IMG/VR virus record: IMGVR_UViG_3300037045_000105 | Span: 1 to 45,387 of that record | Reading direction: 5' to 3' (one strand) | Length of the DNA stretch: 45,387 bases | DNA from: a virus | Lineage: Duplodnaviria > Caudoviricetes | In this document: piece after piece, positions 26,630 to 36,032 of the stretch | Numbering within the stretch: the stretch's first letter is position 1 | Layout: every line of letters starts with the position of its first letter | Program-made: the position numbers and the translations under genes | Notes under the pieces: model-generated | What the model saw: the letters and a program-made list of their open reading frames with translations, nothing else | Told to the model about the DNA's origin: nothing | Database searches by the model: none

Positions 26630-28893
26630 CCGATCTCCTCGAGGTAGACGATTGCCCCACGATCGAAGTCGGCGTCGCGAACTACCTTCGTTACCCGGAA
26701 CTCCGCGTCATTCCCAAAAAGGATCTCGTGCTCGTTGTCGAGTTGCGATATGCCCTCGATCGATACGCCGCGCGTCGCCTTTGCGTGCTTGATGCGGAAC
26801 ATCACCGAGTATCCAGTGTCGCCCAGCAATGGAGTGTAGAAGTCTTTTGCTACACTGGGCTTCCATGAGCTGCTAGTCGGCTCCGCCCAGGTGCACGACT
26901 GCCAGTTTAGGATCTCTTCGAACTTCGCCTTGGGGACGTTGCGAATCCCGCGGAACAACTCGACTGACTCATTCGCCAGTCGCTTCGCTGTCTTGCGTGT
27001 CGCCTCGTGCTTCGCAATGGCCGACGTAATCAGGTCAGCGCAGTTCCGCGCAACCTCATAGAGCATCGTGTTCTTGGGATTCTTTAGGTATTCCTCTTTG
27101 GTCAGTCGCGCAGCGGCTCGAATGCTGCCGTACGAGCTTCCAGTGAATACCCTAATCGCTGCCCGTTCGTCGTCAGTGGCAAGCGCCAGCAGCTCGGCAT
27201 TACTGCGCTCCCGAATCAGTCGCGTTGCTTCCTGTCGCTGTGTCGCGTTCGTGGGATTGGGCATCGATCCAGGGAAGGCCGCGGGGAATTGTGGAATCTT
27301 CTCCGCCTCGAGTTCGTCGAGGCGCACTCGCTTCGGCGGTGGCTTGCGTGGCGCGCGCGACTTGCGCGGCTTGGGCTGCAGCTTGGCAATCGCTTCTGCT
27401 TTTGCCTTTGCGAGCTTGTCACCGATGAGCTTGGTGCGCGCCGTGAGCATCGACGCGATTGCGTCGCTGTCAGACTCGCTAAGCTGTGGGGCGTGCTTCC
27501 TGACGTACGGTCCCCAACCTCCATAGGAATCTTCGATTGCCTCGAGCGCGGTTAGCTGCTTCTCGATTCGCTCCCACAGGTCGTCTGCGGAGCTTGCTCC
27601 AGCGGCATTGGCTACCCGCGAGTAGCTCGGATTGATGTTCCGATCGAAGAACCCTTTCCACTCGGGGAGTTGCTCAAGAACCGCGCCCGGCTTGCGTCCG
27701 GCCTGCGCACGCATGAGGAAGGCGCCGCCGTTATCGATCCGGACGACCTCCCCGGCCTTCGTGACAACGATGTTGTCGAGCGACAACCCAACGGCGTCCC
27801 AGTTTGCGACAACGAGGTCTCCGACGAGCCCGTCCAGCGCCTTCGAGGCGAGCTCCGGAGCGAGGCCCTTGACGCCAATTGGCGATGCGCCCTCGATGAA
27901 CTCCGAGGCGTAGGCGAGCTTCCCGTTGTGGTCAAAAACGAAGCTCTTGACCGCTGGCAGGCCCAAGTCTGCATAGAGCTGGTTCGCCAGGTGCTCGCCA
28001 GCCGCCTGTGCCGGGTCGTCGTAGAGCTTCACATAGCGCTTCACGCCGTCCGAGCCGAGGAACACACCGCCCGCGTTCGATCCACCTGGTCCAGCGAGCT
28101 GCTGCGCCATGATGTCTCGCGCGGTGAGCTGCTTTGGCCCGATGAACCTCTGAGGAATCTCGACCGGCTTGCGCTCCCGTAGGTCTTTCCCGGCCTTGAC
28201 TGCCGCTTCAAGCTGCAGGTCAGGGTCGGGGGGCTTGATGCGCTCGCTCGGCTTCGGGGGCTCTGCGAGGTTTGGCTTCAGTCCCCACCCGTCTGGAATC
28301 TGCACCTGGATCACCGGTGGACCCGAGGTGATACCGAACTTCTCGGCCACCTTGCGACGCAGCGAGCGAACGCCGCACCGACACGCATGGTGGAACTGCG
28401 GCGAGTGCCACACCCACCACGGATCGTCCCATGGCAGGATAATCTTGGGCTCGATAAACTGCCCGCAGATCTCGCAGGTGTGTCCATCGTCGACCACCTC
28501 GAGCATCTTGAAGGGGCGAACCGCGGTGATATGCGGCTCCTCCATCTGCTCGAGGCGCCCGGCGTTGTAAGCGCTCGTCGTGGCGTTGCGGTAGATGACC
28601 AGCAGTCGCCACGTGTTCGGCTTTCCCCACGCGGCCTCGAGCTTCGGGCCAGCAGTCTTCTGCCACTCATCGAACGGGATTCCGTCTCGGATTGCAGCGA
28701 GCAGCGACTCGTGGGCGTCGTTCGCAATGTCCATCTGCGCGACGCCGGAGATCCACCACGCGCGCTTGCGAGCGTAGGCGTCCAGGGTGTCGGCTTCCTC
28801 GCGCGATACGACGCGGCGACTTGCGAATTCGGCGACGGCTTCGTCGAAGGCCGCGGGGTCCGCGGTCATGTCGAACGACTCTTTGCGCGCCAT
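26626..28893 (-). CDS. MuF/SPP1 gp7 minor head protein fused to a HipA/PI3K-like kinase domain and an R-S-E class ADP-ribosyltransferase
   Basis: MuF: IYRNATTSAYNAGR, CEIC, PQFHHACRC. Kinase: GPGGSNAGG, YVK, GEHLANQLY, NWDAVG..DN, RIDNG. ART: FTGSSY, LFRG, PTSSS, EHEILF. Confidence 0.85.
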   Translation of the reverse strand: MARKESFDMTADPAAFDEAVAEFASRRVVSREEADTLDAYARKRAWWISGVAQMDIANDAHESLLAAIRDGIPFDEWQKTAGPKLEAAWGKPNTWRLLVIYRNATTSAYNAGRLEQMEEPHITAVRPFKMLEVVDDGHTCEICGQFIEPKIILPWDDPWWVWHSPQFHHACRCGVRSLRRKVAEKFGITSGPPVIQVQIPDGWGLKPNLAEPPKPSERIKPPDPDLQLEAAVKAGKDLRERKPVEIPQRFIGPKQLTARDIMAQQLAGPGGSNAGGVFLGSDGVKRYVKLYDDPAQAAGEHLANQLYADLGLPAVKSFVFDHNGKLAYASEFIEGASPIGVKGLAPELASKALDGLVGDLVVANWDAVGLSLDNIVVTKAGEVVRIDNGGAFLMRAQAGRKPGAVLEQLPEWKGFFDRNINPSYSRVANAAGASSADDLWERIEKQLTALEAIEDSYGGWGPYVRKHAPQLSESDSDAIASMLTARTKLIGDKLAKAKAEAIAKLQPKPRKSRAPRKPPPKRVRLDELEAEKIPQFPAAFPGSMPNPTNATQRQEATRLIRERSNAELLALATDDERAAIRVFTGSSYGSIRAAARLTKEEYLKNPKNTMLYEVARNCADLITSAIAKHEATRKTAKRLANESVELFRGIRNVPKAKFEEILNWQSCTWAEPTSSSWKPSVAKDFYTPLLGDTGYSVMFRIKHAKATRGVSIEGISQLDNEHEILFGNDAEFRVTKVVRDADFDRGAIVYLEEIG

Positions 28894-30500
28894 TACTCGC
28901 CCGCGATGAATTCTTGCTCTACCGTCTCGCGTCCCGCCATCTGCCCCATGATGAGGGCAGCCTCGGTCAGCTTGACCAACTTCGAAGGCGGCAGCTCGTC
29001 ACCGTAGGCGGCCTTGATTCGCTCCTTGGCATCGTCGTAGGACGTCGCGCCGGTGATAGCGGACAGCACCGCAGCGAGCGTTGGAGCGAGCTCCTTCGCT
29101 GCGTGCTCACAGCAATGCGCCTCGAGTCGGTCGGTGTAGTCTCTGCCACGCGCGAATGCGGTGCCGGGCTCGTTCAGAGCTGCGCCAGCGAATGCGCCGG
29201 CAGGGATCTTCGGGGCGATTGCAGGAGCAGGCGCCTGCGGCCTCTTGACGACCGGGGAGGCACCCTTGACGAGACGAACCTCGCCTTCGCCGAACCAGGC
29301 GAGCTGGTCAATCTCGGCACCGGCATCGACGTACGTCTTGAAGGCTGTCGCATCCGCTTGGCGAGCCTCGGCTTCCGCCTTGCGGTCCTTCGGTGGCTTG
29401 GTGTCCCACTTGGGATACGGGGCGACCGAAGCAAAGTTGAATTGCGCCCAAAGACCTAGAACCTGGTCATGGGTGCCCGTTGCGATGAGCTCGAGCAGCG
29501 ACCCCATCGTCACCGAGTCGACCGTCTCGTGGACGCTCGCAGCGGCACGACTGCCGCCGTTGACCTCGGTGGTGAGGTTGGTACCGGTTAGCCCGATGTC
29601 GATCGCCGAATTGGCGAATTCGGTCTGCTTGGCGAACGTCTGCCAGGTGTTCGCGGTGTCCGTGACGACCTTGTAGGTCCACCCGTCGGGCATCACGACC
29701 GTGCCGTTGCGCTCGATTACTCGCAGGTCTTTCGCGAGTTCCCTGCGGGCTTCGGGCGTCGACTTGATCGGATTGGTTCCGACGTTTTCGGCGACCGCGG
29801 TCCCTTGTCCGTGGCGCTCCGACGACGACGGCCAATCGATCGTCGCGTAGAGCTTGAGCAGCCACCAACGCGATAGTCCGCGCCAAGGCGCCTGGTACGG
29901 CGCGCGGTAGCTCGAGCCCGCGACGATGATTATCCAGTTGCCGTCGCCAGGGGTGATCGCCTCTTCGACGGAGTTATATCCGCCGTCAGTCGTCGAGCGA
30001 ACGAGCCAGCCACGCTGCGCGTCGTGCCGCAGGTTGCGAGGTGACCAGACCGAGAGCTTGGGGACGACGCGTTTGGTGATGGGATCGAGCTTCCAGCCGT
30101 CGACGTGGCAGAGCGCCAGTCGCATCAGCCCGAGCCACGACACGAGCGTGCGCATCTGCTGCTCGGGAAGGATCTTCCACCAGTCCTCTTGCAGGGCTTG
30201 GCAGACCGGATCCTTCTCAGATGCCTTAGCGTCGAGCCCGGGCATCAGAAACGTAAGCGGGAGCGTCGTCGCCGCGTAGAGCCGATTGAGGCCTTTCGAG
30301 ACGCGCTCGTCGGCCATCATGGCCTCACAGAGGTCCGCGGCTAACGAGTAGTTGCCAGCTGCGCAGAGCTGCTCAGCCGAGCGAATGCGCGCTGGATTCC
30401 AGCCGGCTGCGGTCGACGCCCGGGGTTCTGCGCGCGCACCTGCGCCGTTGAGCTTTTCGAGACTTTGGGCCTGTTTCGGCTCGCGTGGCTTGGCTGGCAT
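28893..30500 (-). CDS. Portal protein (Mu gp29/DUF935-like)
   Basis: ADLCEAMM.D.RV; W....ERHG; LTGTNLTTEVNGGSRAAASVHETV; follows terL. Confidence 0.9.
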   Translation of the reverse strand: MPAKPREPKQAQSLEKLNGAGARAEPRASTAAGWNPARIRSAEQLCAAGNYSLAADLCEAMMADERVSKGLNRLYAATTLPLTFLMPGLDAKASEKDPVCQALQEDWWKILPEQQMRTLVSWLGLMRLALCHVDGWKLDPITKRVVPKLSVWSPRNLRHDAQRGWLVRSTTDGGYNSVEEAITPGDGNWIIIVAGSSYRAPYQAPWRGLSRWWLLKLYATIDWPSSSERHGQGTAVAENVGTNPIKSTPEARRELAKDLRVIERNGTVVMPDGWTYKVVTDTANTWQTFAKQTEFANSAIDIGLTGTNLTTEVNGGSRAAASVHETVDSVTMGSLLELIATGTHDQVLGLWAQFNFASVAPYPKWDTKPPKDRKAEAEARQADATAFKTYVDAGAEIDQLAWFGEGEVRLVKGASPVVKRPQAPAPAIAPKIPAGAFAGAALNEPGTAFARGRDYTDRLEAHCCEHAAKELAPTLAAVLSAITGATSYDDAKERIKAAYGDELPPSKLVKLTEAALIMGQMAGRETVEQEFIAGE

Positions 30501-30509
30501 TCGTATCGG

Positions 30510-31982
30510 CTAAACTGCTCTTGCTACTGGCCCTGATGTCCCCAGGGAGAGGTCAGATTCGGGCTCCATGAGCTCGTCGTGGAGGGCAGCGAGACCGTCG
30601 ACCTCATCGTCGCGGGTGTCGTTGACGCCGGTGAATCCCTGCACGATTGAGAGGAGCTCGGTGACCCACAACGGAGCGCCTTCGTCGCCCTCTCCGGTGG
30701 GCACCATGATTCGATGAGCGTTCCAACTGGTGGACGCCGGGAGCGCACGCACGAACTTGTCTTGGCGGGCCTGGATCGGGTTCTCAATCGTGAACCCGTG
30801 GCCTTCCATCAGGTTCGCCACGCCCTCTTCCTGGCCTCCGAAGTACCAGCGCACTGGTCCCGGATTCTTGCGCTTGGTCTCCCTGCCGACACCGGCGAAT
30901 TGCTCGGCGCGGACTTGGTGCACCTGGCAGTCCACGATGTAGATGATGCCGTTGTGCTCATATCCGGTGATGATGACGCTTCGATCGGCGCTCGTCTTCT
31001 TCGAGTACGCCATATCGAGGCCGTGGGCACATCGGTAGCCCTTCGTCGGTAGCTCGCTCGGCTTGTACCAAGTGGCTTCCCCGAAGATTGTTCCGCCGCG
31101 TGGGCGCGGGCGTCCCTGGTAGAGAGCGGCCCAAACGAATTCCCCGATCCGGGGATTCCGTCGAATCTTTTGCAGGTATTCGGCTGGACGCTTCGAGGGC
31201 CACAGGGCCTCGCCGGGCTTTCGCCCAAGTGCGTCGTTATCGTTCTCGGCGATTGCCGGGAGGTTGATGTAGTGCCATCCCTCCGCGATGCACCGCGCCG
31301 ACTCGTCGTCGGGGTGCCACCGGGTGGCCATGAGGATTCGTCCCGCTCCAGGGTGGACGCGCACCTCGCAAACCGAGACGCGCCACTCCGTCACCTTGTC
31401 GCGGATGAGCTTCGAATTCGAGTCTTCTGGGCCCTTGTAGGGGTCATCGATCAGAAGGAATCCGGAGATTGGCTCGCCAGTGAGACCAGAACCAACGCCC
31501 TTCCAGTTGCAGCCGCCGCCGCCCTCAATCGTCCACTGCTCGAGTGTGCCGCTGACCTCGAGACCTGCTCGAGCAGCAACGTCGCGCGCCTTGCGTGACA
31601 CCGATTCGGCGCGTGTCTGCGAGTAGGTCGCGTACGCATACCAGAGCGATGGGCGTCGCAGCATCCACCACACGAGGGCATGGATCGCTACTTCGGTCTT
31701 GCCGTGCTGCGGGGGAGCAGCAACGACCGCCTCGATTGCTGAAGCCATGTCGTTCGAGACAGCCGCCTCGAGGCACTGGACGTATGGCGCCAGATGGTCC
31801 GGGCGCTCCAGCCAAGGAGATACCCGGACGATGAAGTCGGGTAGGGATAGCTTCGCTAGCTCCTTGGAAGACGCCTTGTTCCGCCGCGCTAGCTTTTGCG
31901 CCCGGAGGGCCTGCACCTGCGACTTCAGTCGCTTAGCTGCTTGTATCCTAGCCAGCAGGCGGTTCGTCGACGTCGCTGTCAC
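30510..31982 (-). CDS. terL: Terminase large subunit
   Basis: Walker A APPQHGKT, Walker B LLIDDPYK, MATRWHPDD, ALYQGRP, nuclease GLDMAY and DDEVD. Confidence 0.95.
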   Translation of the reverse strand: MTATSTNRLLARIQAAKRLKSQVQALRAQKLARRNKASSKELAKLSLPDFIVRVSPWLERPDHLAPYVQCLEAAVSNDMASAIEAVVAAPPQHGKTEVAIHALVWWMLRRPSLWYAYATYSQTRAESVSRKARDVAARAGLEVSGTLEQWTIEGGGGCNWKGVGSGLTGEPISGFLLIDDPYKGPEDSNSKLIRDKVTEWRVSVCEVRVHPGAGRILMATRWHPDDESARCIAEGWHYINLPAIAENDNDALGRKPGEALWPSKRPAEYLQKIRRNPRIGEFVWAALYQGRPRPRGGTIFGEATWYKPSELPTKGYRCAHGLDMAYSKKTSADRSVIITGYEHNGIIYIVDCQVHQVRAEQFAGVGRETKRKNPGPVRWYFGGQEEGVANLMEGHGFTIENPIQARQDKFVRALPASTSWNAHRIMVPTGEGDEGAPLWVTELLSIVQGFTGVNDTRDDEVDGLAALHDELMEPESDLSLGTSGPVARAV

Positions 31983-32364
31983 CGAGGGCGTCTCTCAGCT
32001 CTTTGAGGCCGCCCGTCTTGTCCACCGTCTCGAGCACCTCTCGGTAGCTCGCGTTCGGCATCTTCTCGCGCAAGGTCTTCAAGGCCTGCTCGTAGACCTC
32101 GGTCAAGAGGTCCTTGCATCGCTCGGTTGCTTCCTTCCGGAAGGCCGAGACAAGTTCCGCCACCTCTGGCCACTTGCACGATGAAACCTTGGTCTTCCAC
32201 CGGTGGATCGTCCGCTCCGAGACCCCGTAGCGCTCGACGGCAGCTGGGATTCCATCCTTGGCAGCGACGGACAAGATCAGCGCCACGGTCTGCGGCTCCA
32301 GGGTCTGTCCCTGGTGTCCGCGCTTGGCTTTCTTGCGTTTCTTCGTCTTTTCCACGGCTGACAA
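31948..32364 (-). CDS. terS: Terminase small subunit (HTH)
   Basis: AAVERYGVSERTIHRWK HTH plus helical C-terminus, directly upstream of terL. Confidence 0.75.
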   Translation of the reverse strand: MSAVEKTKKRKKAKRGHQGQTLEPQTVALILSVAAKDGIPAAVERYGVSERTIHRWKTKVSSCKWPEVAELVSAFRKEATERCKDLLTEVYEQALKTLREKMPNASYREVLETVDKTGGLKELRDALGDSDVDEPPAG

Positions 32365-32565
32365 CTAGAACCCGAAAGTGATCTCGACCCGGACCTTGGT
32401 CTCCTGGCAGTTCCAGTCGCAGGCCTTGCGCGTGTCGATGATTGCGACCGGCTTGGCTGCGTCCGTCGGCCCCAGATCTCCGTCCTCTGGCATGGGCCGC
32501 TTGCGCTTGCATCGCACGCAGGTGACCTTGGCCGCGACGCTCATGTCGAACTCGAGTTCGCTCAT
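32365..32565 (-). CDS. Small zinc-ribbon protein
   Basis: CVRC...CDWNC; 66 aa abutting terS. Confidence 0.55.
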   Translation of the reverse strand: MSELEFDMSVAAKVTCVRCKRKRPMPEDGDLGPTDAAKPVAIIDTRKACDWNCQETKVRVEITFGF

Positions 32566-32748
32566 TCGGGTGGGTTAGCACCTTGCTCGGCTGTCGCCGC
32601 GCTGCGCTTCGAGTCTGCGGATTTGCCTGGCGATTACCGTCTCGCCGATCGTCACTCTGAACAGCTGGCCTGCGGCTTGCCGTCGTTTCGCGCGCTGCCG
32701 GCGAGGCAGCATATCCGGGGTGACGGTGATGACGGTGCGTCGCGTGGC

Positions 32749-32823
32749 TGGTCGCGGGAGCCGGATTTGAACCGACGACCTCCGGGGTATGAACCCGGCG
32801 AGCTACCACTGCTCCATCCCGCA
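32749..32823 (-). tRNA. tRNA-fMet (anticodon CAT), CCA encoded
   Basis: TGCGGGATGGAGCAGTGGTAGCTCGCCGGGTTCATACCCCGGAGGTCGTCGGTTCAAATCCGGCTCCCGCGACCA folds as a cloverleaf; three G-C pairs at the base of the anticodon stem, A11-U24 and a weak 1:72 pair are initiator determinants. Confidence 0.9.
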
Positions 32824-32869
32824 CTCTGGCGCCGCCTCCGCTTCCGCTCTGGCTTCGTTGCGTGCGCGT

Positions 32870-32913
32870 GCGCCTATAATATAGGTGCGAAAGATGTCCC
32901 AAATGTCCCAATT
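32870..32913 (-). promoter_or_regulatory. Candidate late promoter: tandem TTGGGACAT repeats upstream of an AT-rich near-palindrome CCTATATTATAGG
   Basis: Conspicuous AT-rich element upstream of tRNA/terS; 9-bp direct repeats around the -35 position. Confidence 0.6.
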
Positions 32914-32921
32914 CGACTGGG

Positions 32922-33254
32922 CTACGAGGCATCGATTCTGCCTGTTTCTAGCTGCATTTGGCGTGTTTTTAGTTTTCTCACTTGGACACGCAAAGCACCG
33001 ATGTCTGACTCGCAGAACGCGAGGCGTTCGCCCACAGTGTCAGCATCGACCGTCAGTCCCCGGCGCCGCAGCACGATGTCCCGGAAGGCGTAGGGGTCGA
33101 CTTCGAAGCGCCCCTCGGGGGCTCCGCTTGGTCGCACGAGCAGACCCTTGTCCGGGTTCTGTCGGTGGATGCCGATTAGGATCCGTCGCGCGTGCCGGGG
33201 ACAGACGCCCATTAGGACGGCGCATTGCTTGATTCGGAGGTTGTCGACTCTCAC
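32922..33254 (-). CDS. HTH protein with C-terminal coiled coil
   Basis: GTG start overlapping upstream stop; LRIKQCAVLMGVCPRHARR HTH. Confidence 0.65.
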   Translation of the reverse strand: MRVDNLRIKQCAVLMGVCPRHARRILIGIHRQNPDKGLLVRPSGAPEGRFEVDPYAFRDIVLRRRGLTVDADTVGERLAFCESDIGALRVQVRKLKTRQMQLETGRIDAS

Positions 33255-33877
33255 TGGGCGCCGCCTTTCACTGACTCGTCCTCGCACTCCTCGTTGACCG
33301 CTGCTCGCGCCTCGCACCATGAGGCGTGCAGTTCCTCGACTGCGATCGCGCACACATTCTCCCACTGGCGGGAGCGCTCCGAAGCGATGTCCCTCACGAG
33401 GCGAGCGCTCAGCCCAAGCCGTTCCGCGACGACGTAGGCCACAAGCGAGAGGTCCCCGAGTTGCCCGTGGAGCCCCGGCGGGAGCTTCTTCTGGCAGTAC
33501 AGATACCGCGCTTCCGCCAGGTCGCGCTCGTATTGCGAGAGCATCCGCCAGGACATCAGGCAGCGCCGCGAGCGGTCGAAGGTCTTGTGTAGCTTGTCGA
33601 GGCTCTCCCAGCTCTCGAACATCTCGATGCGAATGACCCCGACGCCCTTCGTGCCGGAGTTGCCGCCGGAGCCGCCGCGTTCGATAGCCGCGACCTGCCC
33701 GTCGAAGTTGCTGCGCTCTCCCATGAGCGCCGCCGTCGTCGTTAGGAACAACTCAAGCTCCGCGGAGTAGCCGCCGCGTTGCTGGTTTGGACGCGCCGTT
33801 TTCTTGCTGGATTCGATTGACGTTCCGTCTGCCAACTGCAATGGTCCTCTCTGCCGGAACTCCTCGCTCGTTACCAG
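33251..33877 (-). CDS. Putative late transcription regulator (sigma-70 region 4/RinA/Q-like); start uncertain
   Basis: LSQYERDLAEARYL...VAERLGLSARLVR; position just before the late promoter. Confidence 0.55.
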   Translation of the reverse strand: MVTSEEFRQRGPLQLADGTSIESSKKTARPNQQRGGYSAELELFLTTTAALMGERSNFDGQVAAIERGGSGGNSGTKGVGVIRIEMFESWESLDKLHKTFDRSRRCLMSWRMLSQYERDLAEARYLYCQKKLPPGLHGQLGDLSLVAYVVAERLGLSARLVRDIASERSRQWENVCAIAVEELHASWCEARAAVNEECEDESVKGGAQ

Positions 33878-33914
33878 AGACCCTCTCGATTGCCGTCGAG
33901 GGGGTTTCGCGTTT

Positions 33915-34325
33915 CTAGGCCGCGCGTCGCCTGTCGAGTATCGCACCGATGATCGGATCGGTCGCCCCGGCGCATGGGCGCCAGATCGAGAGCGATACCG
34001 CGCGCGCGTCGGATGACGTTGGGTCGCCCACGTGCTGACGCACGATTGTGGCAACTTGTTTAGCAGCTCTACGCGCCGCTTCCAGCGAATCAGGGTCTTT
34101 CGTCCGGAACGCGAAAACCCAGGACACGAAGCGACGGTCGTCGGACATCCCGCTTTGAGGCGACTCCTCCTCGAGGTGCCGCTTGGCTAGCGCGATGAGA
34201 GCTCGGATCGCCGCTGGTAGGTCCTTGATTCCTTCGCCGACTGCTTGGCTTAGCAGGTCGTAAGGGATCGCGGCGGTCGTGCGCGTGCTGACTTTGAAGT
34301 AGTTATCGGTTGACTGTTTTTCCAT
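33915..34325 (-). CDS. Putative ribbon-helix-helix regulator
   Basis: Start MEKQSTD; RTTAAIPYDLL..A...GIKDLPAAIRAL RHH-like; TGGGAC-N7-GTCCCA inverted repeat just upstream. Confidence 0.5.
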   Translation of the reverse strand: MEKQSTDNYFKVSTRTTAAIPYDLLSQAVGEGIKDLPAAIRALIALAKRHLEEESPQSGMSDDRRFVSWVFAFRTKDPDSLEAARRAAKQVATIVRQHVGDPTSSDARAVSLSIWRPCAGATDPIIGAILDRRRAA

Positions 34326-34408
34326 GCTGTGGGACCTTCCGAGTCCCAAGACCTCTGCCCCCGCTTGAGGCACCTCGAACCCGCCGACGCCAAATCGGCG
34401 GGTTCGGT

Positions 34409-34576
34409 CTATTTTGAACGCATGCGTCGCCGTCGCCTGCTGGTCGCCCATCGGCGCGGGTCGGGATCGCGCACTGCTGGACCGCCATCCCAGTACGCCC
34501 ACGAGAGAGCGAACCGAATGTGAACGACTCGACGTGCGAGATCGAACTTGGCGCGTTCGGGAAACCTCAACGCCAT
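34409..34576 (-). CDS. Hypothetical protein
   Basis: Start MALRFPE overlaps upstream stop. Confidence 0.4.
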   Translation of the reverse strand: MALRFPERAKFDLARRVVHIRFALSWAYWDGGPAVRDPDPRRWATSRRRRRMRSK

Positions 34577-34839
34577 CACGGCTCCCAGTCCTTTCCGAGG
34601 TCGAGCTTTGGTTGCGCCGGCACTCGCGGCGCGACCGCGCGCTGCTTTGCGCTTGCGCGAAACCACTGCTCGGCAGCGAGTGCAGCCAATTCGCGGTCGG
34701 GCATGTCGGACAGCAACGGGTAGAGCTCACGCGGCCCGTAGAATTCACGTTGCCGATACGGGTAACACGCGTTTACCCAGTCGACCCACGCTTGCGACGG
34801 CGATCCAATGGCCGGAGGCGGAATTTTCTCGTTAGCCAT
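34576..34839 (-). CDS. Hypothetical protein
   Basis: 87 aa ATG ORF in the operon chain. Confidence 0.5.
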   Translation of the reverse strand: MANEKIPPPAIGSPSQAWVDWVNACYPYRQREFYGPRELYPLLSDMPDRELAALAAEQWFRASAKQRAVAPRVPAQPKLDLGKDWEP

Positions 34840-34994
34840 TCGATCGCACCACCGTCAGATGCGCTCGCCGCTCGATGCGGAATCGACAGGTCACGATTGC
34901 CGCCGGGACGTGCCCACGTCGCTTCGAGCACGCGACGTACGGCTTCGATTCGATCTGCAGCGAACCGCGGTTGTAGCGGCAATTCGTGCACGGG

Positions 34995-35543
34995 TTAGCC
35001 ACTGGAGCCCTCGCGAGAGGTAAGTTCCGCCATCGCGGCGGCTCGCAAAACAAGGCGATTTAGGTGGTCGCTAGCTGCCTGACGTGCCGCGTTTGCGGCG
35101 ATGACTTTCCCCATTGTATCGGCCGCCGCACTGTCCACACACGACAAGTCGTACGCAAGTCGCGCCTCCCCAATCTTCCGCGCCAGGTCGGCGAGGGGTT
35201 GGAGTTCCCTAACGCTGGCAGCGAGGCGCTCGCTTGACTCTTTCCAGTACTTTATCGTGCTGCGAAGCGTTGTGCCTTCAGTATCCAGCTCCTTCACTCG
35301 CGCTTCGGCTCGTTGGGCCCTCGTGGACGCCCTTCCGTGCGCACACTGCACCTGGAAGAGCTCCGTGGCGAGGTCGGAGCAGACCTTGTTTAGCCGAGCG
35401 CGCTCAGCCTCGGCCGCAAGCGCGCGGGGCTGCCAGTCTGGCTCGGTCGACTCGAACGCCATCGGCTCGAAGCATTCGCCGGGAAAGTGCTTCTGGCAGG
35501 GCTGGTCGCAGCCCATGTCGCAAGTGCATTGTGCGTCGCTCAT
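34995..35543 (-). CDS. Coiled-coil protein with N-terminal Cys/His motif
   Basis: CTCD..CDQPCQKH then heptad repeats; AAGGA SD. Confidence 0.65.
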   Translation of the reverse strand: MSDAQCTCDMGCDQPCQKHFPGECFEPMAFESTEPDWQPRALAAEAERARLNKVCSDLATELFQVQCAHGRASTRAQRAEARVKELDTEGTTLRSTIKYWKESSERLAASVRELQPLADLARKIGEARLAYDLSCVDSAAADTMGKVIAANAARQAASDHLNRLVLRAAAMAELTSREGSSG

Positions 35544-35574
35544 CGTGTCGTTCCTTTCGAGTCGAGGTCAGCGG

Positions 35575-35733
35575 TCACCATGGCCAGTCCTCAAGAGCCA
35601 AGCGTGCCCACGGTGACGCTCCGTTGCGCAGCCGGAACCACGCGAACTGGAAACCAAGCAGCTTGAAGCTGCGAATCGCCCAAAGGTCCTTCACGATTTT
35701 GCGTGGGAATAGCCAAAAGATTGGTAGTGCCAT
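35575..35733 (-). CDS. Small hydrophobic hypothetical protein
   Basis: Start MALPIFW with AAGGAG SD. Confidence 0.45.
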   Translation of the reverse strand: MALPIFWLFPRKIVKDLWAIRSFKLLGFQFAWFRLRNGASPWARLALEDWPW

Positions 35734-35744
35734 AGGTCTCCTTG

Positions 35745-36032
35745 TTACTTCGGTTGTGCAGTTGCGATTGTTGGTGGTGTTTTCGAGTCGAGGGCGGCGT
35801 TCAAGGTGCGTCGGCTGTGGTAGTCGAAGTCCAGTGTCCGCACGGCGCGCGGCAGCGCGTCGGTCATGTGCCAGTCGCAGCGCCACTCCACGCCGGATTC
35901 CGTTCGAACCCGCTGGTACCCGACGCGGTCGCATCGAGCGCAGACCGGGGCACCCTTGCGGATGCGGTAAACAGTCCGCCGGAATGACTCCTTCACGCGT
36001 GCGATGTTCAATGCGAGTTTAGAAAACCTCAC
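35745..36032 (-). CDS. Zinc-finger-like hypothetical protein
   Basis: CARC...CDWH; GTGA overlap with the dnaC-like gene. Confidence 0.5.
   Translation of the reverse strand: MRFSKLALNIARVKESFRRTVYRIRKGAPVCARCDRVGYQRVRTESGVEWRCDWHMTDALPRAVRTLDFDYHSRRTLNAALDSKTPPTIATAQPK

Noticed and set aside
32749-32823. tRNA-Ile2/elongator Met identity, or use as the att site
   Set aside because: Initiator determinants are present; no duplicate fragment or arm repeats nearby and it is far from int
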